Shown here: piece by piece, positions 30,061-39,559 of the stretch
Layout: each line of letters starts with the position of its first letter
Numbering within the stretch: the stretch's first letter is position 1
Origin: Spirochaetia bacterium
GTDB taxonomy: Bacteria > Spirochaetota > Spirochaetia > CADAEX01
Direction of reading: 5' to 3'
DNA: 64,000 nt
Assembly: GCA_963662265.2 (NCBI GenBank)
Contig: CAXXHA010000010.1
Span: 288,001 to 352,000 of the forward strand
The notes under the pieces: model-generated
Told to the model about the DNA's origin: nothing
Database searches by the model: none
What the model saw: only the letters and a program-made list of their open reading frames with translations
Program-made: the position numbers and the translations under genes

Positions 30061-30089
30061 AATATATATAATTATCATTTGTTTGTCAA
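30061..30089 (-). promoter_or_regulatory. Sigma70 promoter of tRNA/SRP operon
   Basis: TTGACA-N17-TATATT, 15 nt upstream of first tRNA. Confidence 0.8.
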
Positions 30090-30277
30090 TAATGATAATT
30101 AATTTAAATCACCAGCCATATTTCTGATTCTGATATCCAGTCATGATTTATTGATTATATCAGCAGAAATCAGATTTTTGCAGGAATAACTGCAAGCTTC
30201 TTCTGATTCCATCAAACCCCGGGCTGAGATTCATAACACGGCAAAAATAATTACACATATGAAAATCAGAACAAGAA

Positions 30278-33200
30278 TCAGCATATAACAGTGTCTCTTC
30301 CATGCTCTTTGGCAATATAGAGTTTTCTGTCAACATCAATAATCATTTTATCTGCGTAATCATAGTCTGTGTTATCTGTTGAGACAATTCCAATACTTGC
30401 TGTAAGGAATTTAGAAACAGCGCTGCCTGAATGCACAATTTCAGCAGATACAAGCTTCTCCCTTATTTTTTCCGCAACAACAGATGCCCCTTCCAGATCT
30501 GTATCAAGAAGTAGCAGAATAAACTCCTCCCCGCCATATCTGAAAACAGTGTCTGTTTTCCTGGAAACTGCATCGCAGAGAATATCTGCGAATTTCTTCA
30601 GACACTTATCTCCCGCAACATGCCCGTAGGTATCGTTATAAGCCTTGAAAAAATCTATATCTGCCATTAAAAGGGAAACCGGCATACCCAGCCCTTTTAT
30701 GAAGGTGCCAGCCGTTCTCAATAGTTTCCCGGAAGTGATGCCTGTTGTAAACTCCTGTAAGGGGATCAATCCTTATAAGACGGTCAAGTTCGCAGTTTGC
30801 ATCAATAAGTTCATTTTTCAGGCGGTTCTCTTCCCTGAGCCTTTTTACACTTTCCTTTCCCCTCACAATCATTATTATTGAATAAAAAACAGTGATTAAA
30901 GCTGTCAAATAAAGAATATAGGCATAAAAGCTTCTGTAAAAAGGAGGCGATATTACAATATCCATATATGGTTCATCACTGCTTATTTTGCCGCTGCTGT
31001 TTGAACCTTTAACCCTGAAAGAATATCTGCCGGGAGGAATATTGGTATAATTTGCATAATTATTATTGCCTGATGAAACCCAATTCATTATCAAATCCCT
31101 CAAGTATATATTCATACCTGTTATTAAGCGGGGATGTATAATCGAGAGCAGCAAAATTAAAAGAAAATGAGTTGTCGCTCCAGGGAAGCTCAATTACACC
31201 GGGATTAAAGACAGTATGTCCCCTGTCGAAAACATATTCCTTCCTGAAAACTTTAAAGCTGCTTATAACAACACGCGGATCATAATTCCGAATAAAATAA
31301 GACTCTGTATCGATTTTATAGATAACTCCGGAAGCAGATATGTAGAAGTTGCCGTCTCCATCCTTCTCGATATCCCCTTTTAGCTCCTGATCATCCATGC
31401 CAAACTGATACGACAGGGTAAAGATCCTGTTCTCCCTCCTGTCTATAACTGAAAGCCCCTTGTTTGTCGTAACTACTATATTTCCCCGTCTGTCTTCCGA
31501 TATTCCGGTAATATTATTGCTCTGAAGACCATTTTCTTTTGTAAAATGATGAAAGTTTTCAGATTCATAATTATACCGGTTCAATCCTCCGCCTGAAGTT
31601 CCTAACCACATATCCCCGGCTGAATCTTTAAATATCTTGATTATCACATTATTGGAAATACCCTCACCCCTGTCATGATCATACAGAAAAGACCTTATTT
31701 TACCGGTTTCAATATCATATATATTCAGCCCGAAATTTGTTCCTATCCAGATATTGCCGAATTTATCATCATTTATATCAAAAACCATCTGGTCGGTAAT
31801 TCTGAAACCATCCTCTCCTTCAGGATAATAATGAACAGTGCTGCCCGATTTAACATCCCAGAGATAAACACCGTTAAGGTATGAACCAATCCAGAACCTT
31901 CCCTGTTTATCCTCAAAAATTGCATATATTATATCATTTTCCGGACTTCCGGCAGACTCATTGCCTGTCACATCAACAATCTCTTCTCCATCAAAAGAAT
32001 AATGCCTGAATCCCTTTCCAGGAATATGCCGGTTAATCCCGCTGTTTGTGCCTATCCAGAGATTATCACGGCTGTCCAGAAATAATTCATTGACAGAATC
32101 ATTGCTCAGGGAAAAAGGATTATTCCTGTCATGAGAAAACCTTGATAATTTATCCTTTTTACTTTCATACCTGTAAAGACCGCTGGAATAAGTACCTATC
32201 CAGAGCAGTCCCTCATCATCAAACAACAAATCTTTCATCCGTTCATCAGGTATTGAAATACTATCTCCGCTGATACTGTAGAGAAACCTGCAATCCTTTA
32301 CATCGGGATTATACTTATTGACTCCTCCACCGTTAGTCCCGATCCAGATAAGACCGGAATCATCCTCCAGAAAGGAATATCCTATATTGTTGGAAATAGA
32401 ATACTTATTACTTTTATCAGCTTTCAGATGAATGTAATCAGCTTTAAGAAGAGAAGTGAAATCCTCAAAATAATAAATTCCCCCACCCCAGATACCGGCC
32501 CAGAAATGTCCTCTGCTGTCTTTTTTCAGGAAATAAAACCTGTTGTCGGGGAATTTAAGAGTCGTTACAGTCATTTCAGACTCATTAAATACAGAAATAC
32601 CGCCATCCCAGGAAGCAATAAGAAACCTGTTTTTATCAATTTTTTCAATATCCATTATATATTCTGAAGGAAATTCAATATCAGAACTGCTGCTTGTTCT
32701 GAAAAACCTCCCTTCATGAAAAAATGCAAGCCCGCCGTATGTGGCAACCCAGATCCTGCCGTCATCCCCGGCATATATATCCCTTACAGAGTTGTCAGGC
32801 AGCGAAGATTCATCCCCCGCTTTGTTTACATACTCTGTAATATCTCCTTTTTCAGGGTCAAGAGAGAGAAGACCGGAAAGAGTACCGATCCATATCCGGC
32901 CGGTTCTGTCCTTCGCTATGCTGACAATAACCCTGGAAAATTTCTTCCTGCTTTTACTCATATCAGACAGGGAATAATGCCTTATTTTTCCTGATACAGG
33001 ATCCAGGGCAGACAGGCCGCCGTATGTGCCTATCCAGATAATATCTTTATCACTGTCATAATACATGGTCTGAACCAGGTTGTGCTGAAGGGAATTGTTC
33101 CTGAAAGGAAGATGCTCGTAAAGGATAAAATCCTTGCCATCATACCGGTTAAGCCCGTCCTGGGTTCCGAACCATATAAATCCCCTGTTATCCTGAACCA

Positions 33201-33360
33201 TTGAAGAGATGCTGTTTCCGGAAAGCCCGTTTTCTGAAGTCAGATGCTCAAAACGGAAGCTTTCAGAAGACGCGAATACGGAAAATAAAAATGCAAAGGA
33301 AAACAGAAAGATACATTTTCTAATGAGGTGTGAACTGATGTTTGTTGAGCAGATTTTCAT
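30278..33360 (-). CDS. Periplasmic beta-propeller (Reg_prop) + Y_Y_Y + TM + GGDEF diguanylate cyclase, split by two +1 indels
   Basis: Repeated D..G.(I/L)W(I/F)GT propeller motifs; YTNIPPGRYSFRVKG (Y_Y_Y); DPLTGVYNR; DIDFFKAYNDTYGH..RYGGEEF; frame breaks at ~31082 and ~30693. Confidence 0.88.
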
Positions 33361-33364
33361 GAAC

Positions 33365-33967
33365 CTATATTTTCACTTCTTTCTTTACAAGAACTTTACT
33401 GAAACCGCACCTTTGCAGCTTCATCTTTATTTTATCCAGTTTGGCTTTATCAATATCCCGGATGACAACCCTGTATATTCCGCTGCTGCTTTTTTCAAGA
33501 GCAGGTTTTATTCCGTTGTTTTTGAGGTTTTTAAGTGTATTTTCAGCATTAGCAAGACTGCTGTAGGCAGCAACCTGTATTTTATAGCTGTATTTATCAG
33601 CCTTGTCAGCGCTGCTTTCAACAATCTGAATTCTGACCCTTGCAGTTCCTGACTCAATCATCCCGATATCCTTTGCCGCAGCATATGACAGGTCAATAAT
33701 CCTGTTTTTGACAAAAGGGCCGCGGTCATTAACCCGGACAACAACAGTTTTCCCGTTATCAAGATTTTTCACCTTAAGAACTGTATCAAAAGGAAGAGTC
33801 TTGTGCGCTGCAGTATATTTATAGGTATCAAAAATTTCACCATTTGCTGTTTTCCGTCCCTGAAATTTTCCTCCGTACCAGGAAGCATATCCTGTCTGGA
33901 AGGAATCGGCACAAAGCATAAGCGGGACTGAAAAAATAAGAGTTAAAATTATAGCTTTCTTCATCAT
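33365..33967 (-). CDS. rlpA: Septal ring lytic transglycosylase RlpA (DPBB + SPOR)
   Basis: GYASWYG..TANGE..TAAHKTLPF..VNDRGPF..IIDLSYAAA; SPOR IQVAAYS; start at MMKKA. Confidence 0.93.
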   Translation of the reverse strand: MMKKAIILTLIFSVPLMLCADSFQTGYASWYGGKFQGRKTANGEIFDTYKYTAAHKTLPFDTVLKVKNLDNGKTVVVRVNDRGPFVKNRIIDLSYAAAKDIGMIESGTARVRIQIVESSADKADKYSYKIQVAAYSSLANAENTLKNLKNNGIKPALEKSSSGIYRVVIRDIDKAKLDKIKMKLQRCGFSKVLVKKEVKI

Positions 33968-34042
33968 TAATTTATCGGAGTTAACCTTAAACAGGTAAAG
34001 AATAATTGAACAACACACCCTGTTATATATATAATCAGATCT

Positions 34043-35644
34043 ATGAGTAACAAAACACAATCATTTCACTGGGCAGACATAAATGCTGATAAAATCATCA
34101 GAGAAAGAAAAGACTCTTTAACAGGGGATAAAAATGCCTATGTCTGCGCATCCGGAATTACCCCGTCCGGAACAATACATATCGGAAATTTCAGAGAAAT
34201 AATATCGGTTGAGCTTGTAGTTCGAGCGCTTAGAGATAAAGGGGAAAATGTAAAATTCATCTATTCATGGGATGACTATGATGTCTTCAGAAAAGTACCT
34301 GCAAATATGCCTAAAAAAGAGGACCTTGAAAAATTCCTGAGGTTCCCGATTACAATGGTTCCTGATCCCTGGGAAAAGGAGAAAAGCTATGCAAGATCTC
34401 ATGAAGTTGAACTTGAATCTCTTCTCCCTCTTGTAGGTGTTAATCCAGAATATATCTACCAGGCTGACCAGTACAGTAAATCAACATATGCCGAAGGAAT
34501 CAGAAAAGCTCTTGAAAAGAGAGATGAAGTAAAGGCCCTGCTTGATGAACACAGAACAAATCCACTTCCTGAAGAATGGATGCCTGTATCTGTTTTCTGT
34601 TCTTCCTGCAACAAAGACACAACAGTAGTTGACGGCTGGGACGGCGACTGGGGAGTTGAGTACCACTGTGAGTCATGCGGTCATAAGGAAAAAGCAGATC
34701 TTAAAAAAACTTCATGTGTAAAGCTGCCGTGGAGAATAGACTGGCCCATGAGATGGAAATTCGAAAGCGTTGATTTTGAACCTGCAGGAAAAGACCATCA
34801 CTCAGAGGGCGGTTCCTTCGACACAGCACGGGGAATTTCAAAACAGATCTATAATCATGAACCTCCTGTAACATTCCAGTATGACTTTCTAAGCATCAAG
34901 GGAAGAGGCGGTAAAATATCATCTTCAAGCGGTGAAGTTGTATCCTTGAGAGATGTTCTTGAAGTCTACCAGCCGGAAATCATCAGGTACATGTTTGCAG
35001 GGACAAGACCAAATACAGAATTTGCAATTTCTTTCGATCTCGATGTTCTCAAGATCTATGAGGACTATGACAAGTGCGAAAGAATCTACTTCGGAAAGGA
35101 AACTGTTAACGAGAAAAAGACAGCAAAGGAAAGAAGAATCTACGAACTTTCCCAGGTTGATAAAGTACCTGAAAGCTTTCCATACCAGATCCCGTTAAGA
35201 CACCTGTGCAACCTTCTCCAGATTCAGGGAGGAGATATTGATGCAGTTATCTCAAGCCTCGAAGGTGTAAGTGAAGATCAGATCCCGAGACTCAGAAACA
35301 GGGCTGAATGCGCATGGAACTGGATTACAGTTTTTGCTCCCGAGGATTTCAGGTTCTCCCTTTCTGTTCCGGGAGAAAACATGGTAGAAACAGATGATCT
35401 TTCTGCAAAAGTTCTCAAGAATATTACAGCAGTAGTTGCAGATATGGACAACCTTACAGAGCAGAAACTTGCCGAAGGACTCTACAAGGCTGCGCAGGAT
35501 GAGGGAATGGATCCGAAGGATATGTTCACACTCATCTACAATGTCCTTATAGGAAAGGCAAAAGGACCGCGTCTTGCAGGTTTTATAATGACAGCAGGCA
35601 AAGATAAGATTCTTCCGATTCTGGAGAAATATAACCAGTCTTAA
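34043..35644 (+). CDS. lysS: Lysine--tRNA ligase, class I
   Basis: SGITPSGTIHIGNFRE, KLPWRIDWPMRW, GKISSS, GPRL. Confidence 0.96.
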   Translation: MSNKTQSFHWADINADKIIRERKDSLTGDKNAYVCASGITPSGTIHIGNFREIISVELVVRALRDKGENVKFIYSWDDYDVFRKVPANMPKKEDLEKFLRFPITMVPDPWEKEKSYARSHEVELESLLPLVGVNPEYIYQADQYSKSTYAEGIRKALEKRDEVKALLDEHRTNPLPEEWMPVSVFCSSCNKDTTVVDGWDGDWGVEYHCESCGHKEKADLKKTSCVKLPWRIDWPMRWKFESVDFEPAGKDHHSEGGSFDTARGISKQIYNHEPPVTFQYDFLSIKGRGGKISSSSGEVVSLRDVLEVYQPEIIRYMFAGTRPNTEFAISFDLDVLKIYEDYDKCERIYFGKETVNEKKTAKERRIYELSQVDKVPESFPYQIPLRHLCNLLQIQGGDIDAVISSLEGVSEDQIPRLRNRAECAWNWITVFAPEDFRFSLSVPGENMVETDDLSAKVLKNITAVVADMDNLTEQKLAEGLYKAAQDEGMDPKDMFTLIYNVLIGKAKGPRLAGFIMTAGKDKILPILEKYNQS

Positions 35645-35701
35645 TTTTATAAACCCAGAAAATATTCTATTAAAAATAGACCGGCTAATTAAACCGGAGC
35701 G

Positions 35702-35744
35702 AACCCCTTTTGTTGGACAAAAACACAATAGAAGGGGTTTTTTT
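35702..35744 (+). terminator. Intrinsic terminator after lysS
   Basis: AACCCCTTTTGTTG.../...CAATAGAAGGGGTT followed by T run. Confidence 0.7.
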
Positions 35745-35782
35745 ATATTTGGGAGACAGAAACATAGAGATAATTTTGAATT

Positions 35783-35986
35783 TTACCCATCTGTTATTTT
35801 AGATTTGCTCTTCAGGCTGAAGAAAAGGGGAATCAGGAAAAAAAGACAGGCAATAAAGAAAACAATGCTGCCGGCAGTAACAAGCAGGTCATTATTCCTT
35901 ACCCCGGAAATAATGAAAAATACTGAGCATATTAAAAATAGAATCCATCCGGACAGCTCAAGAAGATTCCTGGCATGGCTGTTCAT
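35783..35986 (-). CDS. Small two-TM hypothetical membrane protein
   Basis: 67 aa, GWILFLICSVFF..GSIVFFIAC; AAGGA RBS; downstream of era. Confidence 0.7.
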   Translation of the reverse strand: MNSHARNLLELSGWILFLICSVFFIISGVRNNDLLVTAGSIVFFIACLFFLIPLFFSLKSKSKITDG

Positions 35987-36030
35987 ACTAAATTTCCTTT
36001 TCTGAAGATATAATTAAACATACTGGATTA

Positions 36031-36954
36031 TTATTTTATAAGCCTGTTCAGAAGAGCCCCTTTCTTTCGCCAGTTTTTATGAACCTTTACCCTCAGGTCA
36101 AGCTGAACAGTGTAGGGGAAAACAGATTTTATCTCTCTCTTTGCCGCAATCCTTATTGCCTTGATCTTTTCACCGCCCTTGCCGATGAGGATTCCCTTCT
36201 GCGATTCACTCTCTGCAACCAGAAAAGCCCTTACCCACAGTTTTTCTGTTCCGTCCGGATTATAACCCATCTCGGCATCGGAAATCTCAACATAAACACT
36301 GTGGGGAATTTCCTCTTTTGTCCTGTTTATCGCTTTTTCCCTGATAATTTCACAGATCCTGAACTGGACATCCTGATCCGTATAATAATCGGGAGGATAC
36401 ATCATTTCCCCTTCCGGAGACAGTTCATATATCCTGCCTAGAAGCTTATCAACACCCTCGCCTGATTTAGCGGAAACAGAAAAAAAAGAAATTTCCCTTT
36501 CTTTTCCGGGAGGAGTAATCCGTTTTTTTATGAAATTCTGGAGAGATTCAATAAATTCTTTCTTGTTTTTACCCCTCTCCTCAAGTACATCAATTTTATT
36601 GAAGGCTATTACAACAGGAGAACTGCTTTTTGAGAGAAATTCGAGAAGTTTGTTTTCCTCCTCGCCTATATCACGAGTGGGATCGACTACATAGAGAATT
36701 AAATCCGACTCGGAAACTGCATCCTCAGCAACTTCCTTGAGCTGGGTATTCATCAGTTTTTCCGATAAGTGATAACCTGGTGTATCAAGAAAGACCAGCT
36801 GGCCCCTCTCGTCAGTATATATTCCCCTGATTTTATTTCTTGTTGTCTGCGGAGTTGATGATACTATTGAAACTTTATAACCGCAGATTTTGTTCATAAG
36901 AGTCGATTTGCCGGCAGAAGGTCTGCCTGAAACTGTAATAAATGCTGATTTCAT
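36031..36954 (-). CDS. era: GTPase Era
   Basis: GRPSAGKST, PQTTR, DTPG, NKID, EEIPHS, KH domain SQKGILIGKGG. Confidence 0.96.
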   Translation of the reverse strand: MKSAFITVSGRPSAGKSTLMNKICGYKVSIVSSTPQTTRNKIRGIYTDERGQLVFLDTPGYHLSEKLMNTQLKEVAEDAVSESDLILYVVDPTRDIGEEENKLLEFLSKSSSPVVIAFNKIDVLEERGKNKKEFIESLQNFIKKRITPPGKEREISFFSVSAKSGEGVDKLLGRIYELSPEGEMMYPPDYYTDQDVQFRICEIIREKAINRTKEEIPHSVYVEISDAEMGYNPDGTEKLWVRAFLVAESESQKGILIGKGGEKIKAIRIAAKREIKSVFPYTVQLDLRVKVHKNWRKKGALLNRLIK

Positions 36955-37121
36955 AATCAGTTAATAACCTATTTATATTATTAAATCAATGCGGAAACCG
37001 GAAGCATGACAATTTAATCATAAACAAAAACTGTCTTATCATGCGTCAAAGCCACTGGCATTATCAGGAAGACTGACAAGGCGGGGGAAAACCTGCGCCG
37101 ACCAGCCGGCAGCGCTCTGCC

Positions 37122-37246
37122 GGGTATGCAGAAGATTTTTCCCTCCACACAGGTGCGCCCAGCAGGGTATGCCGAGGTTTTTCTTCTCCACGCAGGTGCG
37201 CCCAGCAGGGTATGCCGAGGTTTTTCTTCTCCACGCAGGTGCGCCC
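37122..37246. repeat. 43-bp GC-rich tandem repeat (~2.9 units)
   Basis: Unit GGGTATGCCGAGGTTTTTCTTCTCCACGCAGGTGCGCCCAGCA starting at 37122 (degenerate), 37165 and 37208. Confidence 0.9.
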
Positions 37247-37255
37247 CGGGCGCAC

Positions 37256-37471
37256 AAAAAAAAGCCGGCATGATTACCGGCTTTTAGAAAGCTGCCAGAA
37301 TAAAAGCTGGACAACTTTACACTGTCTTAAAAGCTATGTTTCAACACAGCTTAGCAAAAACAATTTATCAACTTTTATCCCGGTTTAACCGGGGTATCCT
37401 GTCTGGCGGTGCCATATTTCCTTTCTCCAACAACTATTTAGATTTAGGATTAAGTTCATAAAACTTATCTA
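37256..37471 (-). ncRNA. Candidate stand-alone structured small RNA (may encode a 15-aa peptide)
   Basis: TTGACA-N17-TAAATT at 37506-37478; extended hairpin; terminator GCCGGT/GCCGGC + U8 at 37256-37285. Confidence 0.55.
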
Positions 37472-37777
37472 TATTAAAATTTAAGAAATATATATTTGTT
37501 TGTCAAATTTTTGTTAATTATTTTTAGTTATCCATTAGATAAACCGGATTTATGATCTGTCTGATGATATTTTTAAACAATCTTAAAATATTCAATAAAA
37601 AAACGGAAAAACCTGTTCTGTATCTGTTTACAGGAAATACCGGGGAAAACAGCAGGCCAACAACATCTGTATAAAAGAAAATCTGCCTCCTCTTTAAATA
37701 AATACTGATGAATTATTAAATTATTTTCCTATAGAGCAAAAAAACATAGTCATTGATTCTTCGATAAGTTATATTTA

Positions 37778-37806
37778 TTGACAAGAGATAAAACACATGA
37801 TAAACA
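37778..37806 (+). promoter_or_regulatory. Sigma70 promoter of clpP-purC
   Basis: TTGACA-N17-TAAACA with extended -10 TG. Confidence 0.6.
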
Positions 37807-37820
37807 CCAGAAAAGGAAAA

Positions 37821-38417
37821 ATGACTATGGAAAGAGAAATATTTTTTGAAGAAGAAAAAAAAGAGGAAGAGGAAAAAAAACCAAACCCATTTGAAATCCT
37901 GCTGAAAACACGAACTATCCTTCTTTCAGGTGAAGTTAATAAAAAACTCGCGGAAAAAGTGATTTCTCAGCTGCTTATGCTTGAGGCAGAAAGCGATGAA
38001 CCTATAAAAGTTATGATTGATTCTCCCGGCGGTGATGTTGATGCCGGTTATGCCATATTTGACATGATCAGGTTTATAAAACCTGATGTATATACTATAG
38101 GAATGGGACTTGTTGCAAGTGCGGGAGCTCTTATACTCCTGGCTTCCCCGAAGGAAAGAAGACTTGCCCTTCCGAACTCACACTACCTTATCCACCAGCC
38201 CTTAAGCGGCATCAGGGGTGTTGCTACAGAAATTGAAATCCATGCAAAGGAAATTGAAAAAGCAAGAAAAAAGATAAACCAGCTTATTTCAGATGAAACA
38301 GGAAAATCACTGAAGCAGGTTGAAAAAGATACAGACAGGGATTACTGGCTTAATGCAGAGGAAGCCCTTGATTACGGTCTTGTCTCAAGAATTATTTCCA
38401 GAAGGGAGGAGCTTTAA
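37821..38417 (+). CDS. clpP: ATP-dependent Clp protease proteolytic subunit
   Basis: IDSPGG, GLVASAG (Ser), IHQP (His), DRDYWL (Asp); start moved to ATG 37821 after AAGGA. Confidence 0.95.
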   Translation: MTMEREIFFEEEKKEEEEKKPNPFEILLKTRTILLSGEVNKKLAEKVISQLLMLEAESDEPIKVMIDSPGGDVDAGYAIFDMIRFIKPDVYTIGMGLVASAGALILLASPKERRLALPNSHYLIHQPLSGIRGVATEIEIHAKEIEKARKKINQLISDETGKSLKQVEKDTDRDYWLNAEEALDYGLVSRIISRREEL

Positions 38418-38420
38418 AAA

Positions 38421-39380
38421 ATGACTGATGGACTTATCAGGGAAAACCTTGATAAAACATTTTACGGGATTGAGGAAAAGGATGTTCCAGCGGGAACAAA
38501 GCTGTTTAAGGGAAAAGTAAGAGATACAATAGATCTCGGAGAGGAACTGCTGATCATTACATCCGACAGGATTTCAGCGTTCGACAGAATTCTTTCAACA
38601 ATCCCTTTTAAAGGCGAAGTTCTCAACAAAATGGCGCTTTACTGGTTCGATAAAACCAAAGATATAATTAAAAACCATATATCAAAGGTTGTTTCAGCAA
38701 GAACAATACTTGTAAAGAAATGCGAAGTACTTCCTGTTGAAGTAATTGTAAGAGGATACCTTACAGGCTCTGCATGGAGAGATTATTCAGCAGGCAGGGA
38801 TGTTTCAGGAATCAAGCTTCCGGAAGGAATGAAGTTCAATCAGAAATTTGAAACACCTCTTCTCACACCTTCAACAAAGGCTGAATTCGGAGAACATGAT
38901 CAGCCGATTTCTTCTGAAGAAATTGTCAGCACAGGACTTGTTGATGAGAAAATCTGGAAACAGGTTGAAGAAGCAGCTTTTGCTCTCTTCAAGAGAGGGA
39001 CAGAACTTGCAGCGAAGCAGGGACTCATACTTGTAGACACAAAATATGAATTCGGCCTCCTTAACGGAGAACTTGTTCTTGTTGATGAAGTGCATACTCC
39101 TGATTCCAGCCGTTTCTGGTACGCGTCATCCTATGAAGAACTCTACAATTCAGGAAAAGACCAGAAACAGCTTGATAAGGAATTTTTCAGACAGTGGCTT
39201 ATTGAAAGAGGTTACATGGGAGACGGCGAATGCCCCGAAATAACCGATGATGTAAGAACTGAAATTGCAAAAAGATATATTGATTCATATGAAAATATAA
39301 GCGGGGAAAACCTGGCAGCAGAATCTTTTGATTCTGAAGCGGAAAAGAAAGAAATCCAGTCTTATTTAATACAGGACTGA
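38421..39380 (+). CDS. purC: SAICAR synthetase
   Basis: GKVRD, SDRISAFD, VEVIVRGYLTGS, VDTKYEFG, DEVHTPDSSRFW, DKEFFRQW. Confidence 0.96.
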   Translation: MTDGLIRENLDKTFYGIEEKDVPAGTKLFKGKVRDTIDLGEELLIITSDRISAFDRILSTIPFKGEVLNKMALYWFDKTKDIIKNHISKVVSARTILVKKCEVLPVEVIVRGYLTGSAWRDYSAGRDVSGIKLPEGMKFNQKFETPLLTPSTKAEFGEHDQPISSEEIVSTGLVDEKIWKQVEEAAFALFKRGTELAAKQGLILVDTKYEFGLLNGELVLVDEVHTPDSSRFWYASSYEELYNSGKDQKQLDKEFFRQWLIERGYMGDGECPEITDDVRTEIAKRYIDSYENISGENLAAESFDSEAEKKEIQSYLIQD

Positions 39381-39451
39381 AATCTTTCAATCAGCTGATA
39401 ACAGAAAGCACATGCCTGTAACAGCATGAAACAGCTGCCCGGGGACAATTG

Positions 39452-39510
39452 CCCGGCAGAGCACAGTACCCAGAGGGCATAATAATACCCGGCAGGGCAC
39501 AAGTACCCAC
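39452..39510. repeat. Degenerate GC-rich direct repeat, related to the 37.1-kb repeat
   Basis: CCCGGCAGAGCACAGTACCCA at 39452 and CCCGGCAGGGCACAAGTACCCA at 39488. Confidence 0.55.
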
Positions 39511-39559
39511 AAGGGTGGAAAGATTTCATATCCGGATCTTCATAAACAGGAGAAAAGGT

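Noticed and set aside
29182-30127. Short ORFs in the track across the tRNA cluster
   Set aside because: They overlap tRNA and SRP genes; spurious
34043-35644. Class I (archaeal-type) LysRS as a novelty or HGT signal
   Set aside because: Well established as the normal LysRS of many spirochaetes
37122-37246. Possible CRISPR array
   Set aside because: Units are contiguous 43-bp copies with no unique spacers, and there are no cas genes in the window
37014-37314. Three overlapping short ORFs with repeated peptides
   Set aside because: They are translations of the tandem repeat in all frames; no convincing RBS
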